DNA from: Callorhinchus milii
Lineage: Eukaryota
Assembly: GCF_018977255.1 (NCBI RefSeq)
Contig: NW_024704743.1
Location: 71,364,001-71,428,000, forward strand
DNA: 64,000 nucleotides
Direction of reading: 5' to 3'
Of this stretch, positions 12,901-24,900 are shown one piece after another; position 1 is the stretch's first letter; every line of letters starts with the position of its first letter. The notes beneath the pieces are model-generated. The model made no database searches and was not told where the DNA came from. It saw nothing but the letters and a program-made list of their open reading frames with translations. A program made the position numbers and the translations under genes.

Positions 12901-15900
12901 TTGCTCCCTCGACCCCATCCCTACCCCTCTCCTTACCTCCCAGCTCCACTTCCTTGCCCCTCTACTCACTGACATCATAAACCTCTCCCTGTCCTCTGGT
13001 ACTATTCCCACCCCATTAAAAAACGCTGTCATTACTCCTATCCTTAAAAAACTCTCTCTGGACCATTTCTACTCCCTAACTACTGCCCCATCTCCAACCT
13101 CCCCTTCCTCTCCAAGGTCTTGGAATGAGTTGTTGCTTCTCAGTTTTGCTCTTTCCTCTCCCGCCACTCCCTTCTTGAAACCCTCCAATCAGGTTTCCAT
13201 ACCGCTCACAGCACAGAAACAGCCCTGGTCAAAGTGACAAATGACATTCTGTCCATCTGCGACCAAGGCTCCCTCTGCCTCCTCGTCCTCCTTGACCTCT
13301 CTGCTACTGTTGACCACTCTCCTAATCCACCAGCTCTCCTCACCTCAATCTCCATGGCACTGTCCTTGACTGGTTCAGATCGTACTTCTCACTCCGCCTG
13401 CACTTCATCTCCTCAAATGACTTCTATAGCCCCTGGATGATCTTGTCGGTGTTCCTCAAGGCTCTTTCCGTGGTCCCCTTCTCTTCAATATCTATATGCT
13501 CACTCTTGGTGACATCATCCGCAGACATGGAGTCAACTTCCAAATGTATGCGGATGACACCCACCTGTACCTCTCTGCCTCCACCCTTGACTCCAGGACC
13601 ACTGCTGTCCTGACAGAATGTCTGTCAGACATCAAGTCCTGGACGAGAGCTAAGTTTCTTCAGTTGAACGTCAACAAGACCGAGGCTCTCCTGATTGGCT
13701 CCGTCAGTGCCTCCTCACCTCAGGCGCTGACAGCATCACCATCCATGGTTGCACACTCCACTTTACTAAGCCAGTCCGGAACCTTGGGGTCTTGTTTGAC
13801 CCTCAACTATCCTTTCTACCCCACATCCGTGCCATGACCTCCTCTGCCTTCCCCGACCTCCGCAACATTGCCCAGCTCCAACACCATCTCACACTGCTGG
13901 CCGCCGAAGCCCTCATACATGCCTTCATTACATCGAGGCTCGACTGCAACCTCATTGCTTGTCGGCCTCCCCAACTCCACGTCCCCCGCCTTGCTTGCCC
14001 CACTATTGGTGGGCGGGCCTTCCGCCACTCTGCCCCCACTCTCTACATCCCGCAGTCCCTCTGTCTCCCCCCCCACTCCCTCGCCACCTTCAAGACGCAC
14101 CTTCAAGACCCTCTTCAACGATGTTTTCAATCTCCTTTTTTTTTAGGTTAGTTACAAGTAGTGTGAAAAATGTTTAAGAGACTTATTTAGGACTATCTTC
14201 TGTGTTATAACACAAATTCTGCAATTTGTAGTAGCCAGTCTTCAATCTGTTGGGATTCAAATTTAGTGTAACTGACAAGAGTGTAACAACTAGTATTATG
14301 TTTGATGCAGATCATGCAGACAACCAACCAGACATTTTTGGATATGCTTAATAATTTGATTGACATGACAACCCGAGAATTGTCAAAAATTGAACGAACC
14401 AAGTATGAAACTCTTATAACTATCCATGTGCATCAGAAAGACATTTTTGATGATCTGGTATGTAATGGTAAATTATCTTCAAAACTACATTTAACAAAGG
14501 ATTGGTGCAGATTTCTATTGTGTAATGTTTCCTTGTAATGTTCCATTAGGTTCACATGAACATTAAATCCCCATCTGATTTCGAATGGCAAAAACAGTCA
14601 CGTTTTTACTTTGTGGAGGACAAAGATAAATGCTTTATTCAGATCACAGATGTTCAGTTCAGCTACTGCAATGAATACTTAGGCTGTACAGATCGACTCG
14701 TAATAACACCGTTAACAGACAGGTAAACCATTTAAGCACTCAAAAAGCGTGCTTTTGCATGAGATTAAGGCATCAAATTAGTGCATCAAATAGAATATTC
14801 CATGCTAGGCACAAGAATTTAGATTTTTCTTTATTTACGGAATTAGATAATGCTTTGCTGAATATATAGTATTATGCATTCAAAGATCCAGAATCCCTTG
14901 TACTACCTGTTAAAACTTTGTAATTTGCTCCAGAAATTCTAAGCCTTTTGTTAACTTATGTCAATTTCCTCCCAAAATGGAAGTCACTAAATGAAATTTG
15001 TTGTTGTTGTTGTAAATACCAGTAGGTGACAGCAGTCCCCTCTTGGGAAGTGCCATTTGTGTGAAATAGTGTCATTTTGTTTCTATACCTTAGATGTACT
15101 TTTAACCCGTTTTGTTTGTAATATATCAGTTTCATGGGATTGATCCGTCAATGAGGGGCAACATTTGCACTCTCCCCAGCCCAGGAATTATTTACTGGCA
15201 ATCAGACCCAAGATCTCAGATCTGCCTTGCCAGTCAGATACAACATTTTACCTTTAGGTACCATCAACACTGACAGTGATCCAGGTATAATTTAAACTGA
15301 CAGGTTATACACATTGAAGACTTTACCCCAGGATCCGTTACATTCCAAATTTTGTGAACATTTTTTTCACATGAAAACAATGAATTATGGAGAATGATAT
15401 TTCTTCTTATTTTTACATCAAACCGTTGAATGTGTTTACTTAATATTGTAGGTGTTACATCACACTGTCTCAGGCCTTGGGGATGAGCATGGGTGGTGCA
15501 CCAGCAGGTCCTGCAGGTACAGGGAAAACAGAAACTACCAAAGACATGGGCAAGTGCCTTGGAAAATATGTGGTGGTGTTTAATTGCTCGGATCAGATGG
15601 ACTACAGAGGCTTAGGTCGAATCTATAAAGGTACGGAACTACATTTCACAAATATTGTGCAGTGTGTGAAAGTGTTATAAAACTCTACAACGCAGTAACA
15701 TTTAATGACTGGACAGATGGTGTTTCAGGACTGCTTGACATTCGGGAAAGTGAAATGCGATTTCAGAGGCGCCTTAATAAAGAATTCTGATGAAGTAGTT
15801 AATTGGGCAATTTTAAGTGGCAGATTTTTAATTAAGAGTTTTTCTTCTCTGCAGGTCTAGCCCAATCTGGTGCATGGGGTTGCTTTGATGAGTTTAACCG

Positions 15901-18900
15901 CATTGAGTTGCCTGTTCTATCTGTAGCTGCTCAGCAGATCTACATTGTACTGCAGTGTAAGAAAAACAAAAAGACACAGTTTACCTTCACTGATGGTGAT
16001 ATTGTAGAAATGGATAGAGAGTTTGGTATTTTCCTAACCATGGTAAGCAATAGTCTCCCATAAAACAAAACAGAATTTTTCTTGTTCTTACAATTTGCAA
16101 ACAGATTTCTTAACATTAAGTTGTGTTTCAAAAAATAACATTTATAGCAGAAGAATTATACAGCAAGTATTTAGTTAGTGGAAAAGATTCGCTAAAACTT
16201 AAATAATGGTGCAATGATGATTATTTATTCTAATGATAAACCTTGGATTTGATACAGCGCCTTATCAGGTCATTGAGACATCTCAAATCGCTTCACAGAA
16301 TATACTGTAAAGTGAATTGACTGTGCATTTTGTGGGCAAAACGTGGCAGCCAATTGTATTTATTTGTTTATTCATTCCTAATCAATGTTTAACAACAAAT
16401 ACTAATTTTAGAACCCAGGTTATGCGGGACGGCAGGAACTGCCTGAAAATCTAAAGATCCAGTTCCGTTCAGTTGCCATGATGGTACCAGATCGAGCCAT
16501 CATCATGAGAGTCAAATTAGCAAGTGCTGGTTTCCGTGACAACCAGATACTTAGCCGCAAGTTTTATACTCTCTATAAACTCTGTGAAGAGCAGTTATCT
16601 AAACAGGTAAGCATAACTTCTTCATAAGTTATATAATTTTAGTTAAGTTGAAATGGGAAATAATTTTCTGTATTCATAGATTTGATACATTGATGCAACA
16701 CAAGCCATTACAATTCAGGGGTGTCTTCACAGTTGGATTTTATCAGTTTTGTGTACTGGAAAAGAACTAAAATACATTGGTGCCAAAATTCAAATTAACT
16801 TCAAAATGATACATTTTAATGAATAGGTGCCAGACTGGCCCAGTTAATAACACACTCACATCTGAATTTGAGTTGGAAGGTTGTGGACTTTGATCTCATA
16901 ATCTAGACTGACACGTTTGTCGGGTTAATGACCTTTTGGATGAGATGTTAAACTAAGGTGTTTATCTGTGTCCAAATTGGCACTGCTATATTTTATATAA
17001 TGTGCTATATAAATGCAAATTGTTATTATTACTGCAAAGTGTAGTAGCTGTGTTTTTGTAGGTATGAATGGCAGCCAATTTATGCACAGCAATATCCACA
17101 AATAGCTATGACTTAAATTATAGTTTTATCTGGGGGATTGTTTGCCAGGACACAACAACAACTTGCATTTATGTAGCACTCTTCAGACAGGTAACTTTCC
17201 GCAGGGTAGCTCTTCTCTTTTTGAATTGTGCCATTGGATCTTTAACATCCACCTGAACCATAGTTTAACAACTCATCCAAAAGGTCATCAAACCCAGTGA
17301 AGTGTCAGCCTAGATTTTGAGATCTTGACAATGAGATGGGGTTTGAATCCACAAACTTCCAACTCAAATTCAGTTGAGAGTATACTATCGACTGAGCCGG
17401 TCTGACACCTACTCATTAAAATTAATTCATCAACTTGGTGGTACAATTTATTTCAAAATAATACAAAATATTGATGTGTAAATATTACACTAAGAAGTTT
17501 TGCGACATGTCAAATATAATACAATAAACTCCTACTAACTTGACCCTGGCTCAACCTATCCCTGCCACTGAAGGCTTAATGCTGTCAATATCCCAGCCAC
17601 ATTTATTTATGTATTTATATATATATGACTAACTTGCCGCTATGGATGACTCATCACTGAGCTCTTTTCCTTTGGAGTGAAGGCTATCAGGAGTTTACTG
17701 TATATAAGTTACTTTGGGATGCTTACGTAATATATCTGGGTTTTCAGGATTTTGTAAACCTCAATAAATTTATCTTAACAGGTGAGATCATCTTCTATTC
17801 TGTTGGTTCGTAAATCTTTATCCTCATTATAAACTCATTCTATTAAGGTCTGTAAATTTACCAACCCTTTAAGAATTTATCAGATCTGTTTTACAAAATA
17901 CTTCATGACATTTAATCAATACATTTCTCAATTGATTTAAAGAAGAATATGGCAAGTAGCTGAGAACAGAAATTTTGATAAATTTTATGTTTTCAAAGGG
18001 AGACTATTTACAGTTGTAGTTTCTCTTCTACGTAGGCTAAAAGCGGACGTATAAGGAAATATAAAAAGTCTGAAAATTAGTTAATTTTAGGTTTGAGGCC
18101 ACAAAAATGGATTGTTTCTGCCACTAAATTGTACTCACTCCCATGCAATGGATGAATATTGCAACAACACTGAGGCCTCTTTATGCTCCAGTCTAGGTCC
18201 AGCTACTCCCATGTTGTTGCAACCTTCTTATTTGCTGAGGTTGTCATTTCTATGGTGCTGATCTTTATCTTATATTGGCAGGTTCACTATGACTTTGGTC
18301 TGCGTAACATTCTCTCTGTACTGAGAACTCTGGGTGCTGTTAAACGATCAAACCCAAACGAACCTGAGAAGACTGTGGTAATGAGAGTCCTACGTGACAT
18401 GAATCTCTCTAAGCTGGTACGTATGGAGTCACAGATGTACAACTGTGAAGAACTGGCATCTTATTCTGATTCATTGACTCCAAATTGCACTCTGTTGGTG
18501 AATTGTGTGAACCTAATCCTCGTATGGGCAACAGACAATAATGAACCTACTGCTAATAATGTTTTGTTCACAAAGAACAAAGTACAAATTCAACATTATT
18601 TGACTGAACATCACACATACGAAAATTAAAGTGCCTTTTTTGATGTTGCTGGCTGGTTTCACATGCAGCTAGTGCAATCTGGTTTCTGTAAATTGTGCAC
18701 AGTATGGGATGGATCTCAAGTGAATGATCAATGAAAGGAATTTGAAGAAGAGAAATGGTCTGACTGAATCAATAGGATCAGTTGTCCCTTTTGAGTCTGA
18801 TTTTTTTTAAAGAAAAGACTCCTAAGATCAGCCAGATTTTTTTTTAGAAACTAGAATTAACCTGTAATAACTCTTTAGGTTTTTATTGTTCTTTATTTTA

Positions 18901-21900
18901 AATTAACAACAACAACAAAATTACATTTGTATAGTGTCTTTCATGTCGGGAGGACATCCCAAGACGCTGGACAGTCAGTGTTTCGGACCCGAGCTGGGGT
19001 TTGAGAGGCTGGAGGGCAAGGGGGGAAGGAGGGGGATCGAAGGCACAGTCGAAGAGGAGGGTCTTGAGACAGGTCTTGAAGGAGCAAGGGACTGTGGGAT
19101 GAAGTTCCAGAAGATGGGGGCAGAGTAGCTGAAGGTCCGCCCGCCAATGGTGGAGTGGATGAAGCGGGAGCAAGCCGGAGCTACTGAGTGGAGAGAGCGG
19201 GCAGGTTGGTAGGGAGTTTGGAGGTTGCAGATGTAGGGGGGGGAGCATCACCATGGAGGGCTTTGAATGTCAGGACCAGGATATTGAATTGTATCCTCTG
19301 CGTGATGGGAAGCCAGTAGAGTCGAGCAAGGATGTGGGTGACAAACATAAATTGTGGGATTTAAAATGGAATGGTCTGCTTGTCCGTTTAAATTCCTCTG
19401 CACTTGTGTTTATGTGTATGTATAGTTGTGAATGTATATGTGTGTTGTTTGCACCTGTAAATCTTCTCTGAAAGAAGTTGATGAACAATAGACAGCATTT
19501 TGCAATCGAGGTATCTTTATTTTGTGCTGTGTCCTAGGTGGATGAAGATGAGCCATTGTTCATGAGTTTGATTAATGATCTGTTTCCTGGAATTACTCTG
19601 GATAAAGCTGGCTATCCTGACTTGGAGGCTGCCATTGAGAAACAAACTCGGGATGCAGGGATTATCTACCATCCACCCTGGATCTTGAAGATCATCCAGC
19701 TTTATGAGACTCAAAGAGTCCGACATGGTCAGAATACAGCATATTAAAACATGGAATAACATATTCCCATGAAAAACACATGCAATGTGAAAATCTGCAG
19801 TGTTCTTTAGAATTGTAGAATTGTACGACACTATCGGAGGTCCTTTTTACATGTTGATGAAGCCATGAAGCTACCTATCTACCAATTCCCTCCATTCCTC
19901 CTTCCTCGTACCCTCTGTTATCCTTCCTCTGCCGGTGCTGATCTACTTCTTTTTTAAAGGTCCTCAATTGATTTCATTCTAACAGCCATTCCTGGCAAAT
20001 CATTCCATACTTTGACAACCTGGATAAGGAGAGACTCTTTCATGTGGTTGCAGAATCCAGACCAAGAGGGCATCATCTAAAATGTTATTAGTGAAATCAG
20101 AAGATAAATCTTTACTCAAAAGAGTTGTGGGATTGTGTAATTCACTTCCTTGAATGACTATTATGCAGAGTGTTTAAGAGGGAAGTAAAAGAGAGAAGAA
20201 AATGGTATTGTGTTACAGATCAGCAGATGGTAGAGCAGGCTTGATGAGTTTAATAACCTATGCTGTTACAATATTTCGACTCCACTGGTTCTTCCAAACC
20301 TCTTCTTACTTCCGTACCACAAAACTGCCCACTCCGTTAACCTGTCAATATCTGCCTGTAGCTTTGTCACTGTTAATAACACTTCCTAATTTAGTAAATC
20401 CTAACATTTTCTTTATTATTTATTTTTTGGGGGAGGGATTATCACCAGGGAAAAAATAAATGGTTACATTATTTGAAGATTATTATGAAACGTGTTGTTG
20501 TGCCCGTGTTAGGTATGATGACTCTTGGCCCGAGTGGTGCCGGGAAGACAATGTGCATCCACACCCTGATGAAAGCAATGACGGATTGTGGCGCACCTCA
20601 TAAGGAGATGAGAATGAATCCAAAATCAATCACAGCCTCTCAGATGTTTGGTACCTTGGATGTCGCAACAAATGACTGGACTGATGGCATTTTCTCTACT
20701 CTGTGGAGGAAAACATTAAAAGCAAAGAAGGTGAATTAATGCATTGTTTTGATACCTTGGGTAGATGTGTTTCAAGCAAAATAAATCATTGCAATGGTTT
20801 TATTTTCTCTTAAGTCTTTTTAAAAAAATCTTTGAGTATTCTAGCATATTTAATGTCAAAAAGTTGGAGGACAAGTAATGTGCGAGGATTATCTTACTAG
20901 GACTAGTATCCAAGTCAGATCAATCATACCTATTTTGTTTCTTTTTCAAACTTTATGGATGGTTTAGTAACAAAACCCAATGATTCATCTGAACAAAGCC
21001 AAATACATATAGATTAATATGGGTTTGGATTTGTCCCAATGGCAAACCCTCCCATGGATGACAACATGTCCTCAATGATCTTCCATGGAAGAGTGCTGCA
21101 AATTGTATAGTTATTCCCCACACAATTGGGATGAAGGAACTGGGACATGTGTTTGAGATAATTAAAGTGTTTGAAGGAATTAATCATGGAAAATTCATTC
21201 TGTTGGCAGCGAATTTGAGCGCAGGAATTCAAAGACATGATGAGGACGCTGCTTTAATAACTCTCTCCCAAGGGGTAATCAGGATACAGAATGATTGCTA
21301 GCAGTTGTAGTTAGAGCAGAGTTGATTTTAGACATTTAAAGCAGTGAGGATGGGTATTAGAGGCTATGGGGAAAGAGCAGGTAATTAGAATTTGGATGGA
21401 CAGCTTCTTGGAGGAGCAGCATATATTTGAGAAAATGGGCTGAATAGCCTCTTATTTTGTCCTGCATTTTTGTTTGGTTCAACTGGTAAGTTCTGTATCA
21501 TCAGCCTCACCATTGGTGGGCAGGCTTTCAGCCATACTTCCTCCCCTTTCTGGAACTTCATCCTGTGGTACTTCTAACTCGCTCTCTCCCTCTCATCGTT
21601 AAACAACTAGTTGCATTTATATAGTGCCCTTCATGCAGAGGTGCATCTTGCAGTGCTTAGAGGCCCATCTCAAAACATATCCCTTTTGGTTATCTTTGGA
21701 ATATAAGATGTTTCTACCTCTGGAGTTTAAACACTTTTATATTATTTTTCCTGCATAGTGAATGTCCTTTAGTTACTCAACTGTTCTAGCATACAACTGG
21801 ATGAAATTTCTGTCTAAAATACAAATAAACATGGACCAGCTTTCTGGATTGTTTTTTTTCCCATGGATCTTATGTGAGGAACGTTTCCTAGGATTTCTTG

Positions 21901-24900
21901 CACATTCCTATGAAAGATGATTGATAATTTTTAATAGATTCATGAATTGGTCCAGTCATAGATATTAGCAAACACTTAGAAACTGTTACATTCTCTACAG
22001 GTGTCTTTGGGCAAACCATATTTTTTCTGTTTCCTTCAACTCCAGGGTTTGTAGTTACTGCCACACAGTTAGAGTTTTCAACTTCAGAAGTTCTGTAGTG
22101 AGGAAAGGTGTGACAAATAACTTCTCTTGCAGGGTGAACATGTGTGGATAGTATTGGATGGGCCTGTTGATGCCATTTGGATTGAGAATTTGAATTCTGT
22201 TTTGGATGATAACAAAACTCTGACGCTGGCTAATGGCGATCGTATTCCAATGGCTCCAAACTGTAAAATAGTTTTTGAGCCCCACAACATTGATAATGCC
22301 TCCCCGGCCACAGTATCCCGAAATGGCATGGTGTTCATGAGTTCATCTGTGCTGGACTGGAGGCCAGTACTCAAAGCATGGCTTCAGAAATTACCCAACG
22401 CACAGTCAGAAATTCTTTGGAACTGCTTCAATAGCATTTTCCAGGTATGTTTTTTTTCTGCAATTCTTGTTGGTACGTTTTACTCCCAGGAGTAATTTTA
22501 CAACATTTTCAAATTCATTGATCAACTACATAATTAAGGGCACCCGTAAATTTTTCCATACACACAAGCTCACGGTCTGGTGAATGTACTGCTGTGTTTG
22601 CATGGAGCGCATATTTGATCATGCAAGTCACACTTCACACTTTGTTGATGAGATAGTCTCCAACTTATTTTTAATAATAATTTGCCAATCCACTGTGGTA
22701 TGTTTACTGTGATCCCAACACACGTTGATGGTATTAGTTGGATTTAGCTGGAAAGAGGTTTTCACTGTACCATCATTTTCCTTTCTACTTCCATTCATTT
22801 GTATGACTACATAACATGGTTTACAAATTTCAAATTAATGTAATAGAAATTTTCCATCCTAAGTTTAACTTCATTACATACTTCACTATAAAACATGTTG
22901 TGTAAAAACGAAACACTATTTATGATCTTGCCTTTGTCCCTTTCAAGGATTTGATCAGCTTTGTGTTTACTGCTGTGATGCCAAAAATGTCAATTCTGGA
23001 GTTTATGTACATTAAACAAGCCATCGACCTTTTGCAGGTAATGGAATGGTCTTGTAAAATGAGAATAATTCATTGTCTGAACAAATGCTCAAGCTGCATA
23101 AATAATGCAACTCAATTTTCTTTAGGGACTATTGCCAGGAGCTGAAGACAAGCAGCCTAGCCGAGAACATATTGCAGGACTATTTATTTTTGCTATAATG
23201 TGGTCAATTGGAGCTCTTCTGGAGTTGGATGGCAGGGCTAAATTGGAAAGTTTCCTGCGGAACCATTGTGTACCGCTAGAGCTCCCGGTTACTGAAGGAG
23301 AAGAAACGATCTTTGAATTTGTTGTCAGTGCTGACGGCCACTGGGAGCATTGGTCACAGAGGGTTAGTAACTATTTTATAAAATATACATGTGGCTCTCT
23401 GATGTATTTCCCTCAATGGATAACAGCATCTGTTTCACCATCTTGTCAACTTTGGCAATCCGAGTTTATTGTGGGATTTTCCCGTTCTAAGATCACAATG
23501 CCAAGCTTGATAAATCGATTGACCAACAGAGCAAAATATACACTCACCTTCCAAGGTCAGTAAGTGCACTGACAACTGGATGACAACCTCTAGAGTATTG
23601 GTATAAACATTGATATGTGCAATTTGTTTTATTATTTATTATTTTTATTATTTAAAACAAAGCACGTATTGAACATTGTTTATTAAAATGTGTGGGAAGC
23701 AAAATTTCTTCTCATCCCCTTATTTTCATTATAAAAAATTTAATTCCGAAAGATAATAATACTTGCATTTGATATAGTGCCTTATTACTATGGCAATATG
23801 TCTCAAAGCGCTTCACTGGATTTCACTGTAAAGTGTAGTGACTGTGTGTTTTATAGGTTAAAGCAGTAACCAAATTACACACAGCAATGTTTACAAACAG
23901 CCATGAAGTAAATCATGAAGGGATATATTGAAATATTCCTTAAGAGTGAATCCTGGTTACTATGAAGCTTACATTACCACATACGAATTAATGTTGAATT
24001 GATATATCTCAAAACGTACCTCTCTAACCATGTGTTTGGTCATTTGTCCCCTCTCATCACTGTAGTCTCCCATCACCTTCTTTTCCACCCCAGCATGGGT
24101 GCCCAACCAGCATACTCTTCTGTTTACCTAACAGTAAGTAGGAACCCGGTTGTTAGTCGATTGCCGGATCGCTTTTCTGGAGGTAATAATCCCTTCAAAA
24201 CAAAAATACATTTTTAAAAAATAATAACAATTTGGTCACTCAATCTATGACTGTTTGTGGAAACCTGCTATGTGCAATTGGCTACTGCTTCGCCCACAAA
24301 ATATACAGTCAATTCACTTCACAGTATATTCTGTGAAGGGCTTTGAGATGTCTCGAAGATGTGATAAGGCTCTGTCAAATGCAAGAATTATTATATTATT
24401 ATTATATTCACTGTAGAACATTTCCAAGTTTTAAAGCAGATTTGTGGCAAATCAGTTTTATAGCTGTAGGAAATGTGGGATTACAAATTATATATAATTG
24501 TTCTAGTATTATATTTTGGATTGTAATAGTTTCCTGTTGTTTCCAATTTTAGGTGCCTGAGTACATTTATCCTCCTGATTCTGTACCAGATTACTCATCA
24601 ATCTTGGTACCAAATGTAGACAATGTCCGTACGGATTTTCTCATGCACACAGTTATGAAACAAGAAAAAGCTGTGCTGCTTATTGGTGAACAGGGAACAG
24701 CTAAAACAGTAATGATCAAGGTATGTCAAGGAACACTGCCGATTCAGAAATAAATAGGCATGCATTACAGTGGGACAAACTTTAATAATATGTGAAATAT
24801 CCAGGCTACCTTAGTATGTAATCGTGGAATACCATTTTCTCATGTGCAAGCAAAAATGCATATGCAGAGAGCAACAATGTCACAGTGCATTATGAAATTC

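Noticed and set aside
13234..14177. Cluster of overlapping ORFs as a nested gene
   Set aside because: Broken L2 reverse transcriptase and its C-rich alternative frames
22055..22374. Antisense ORFs over exons (also 5836, 36006, 41187, 43532, 50814, 57153)
   Set aside because: Shadow frames of the dynein coding sequence
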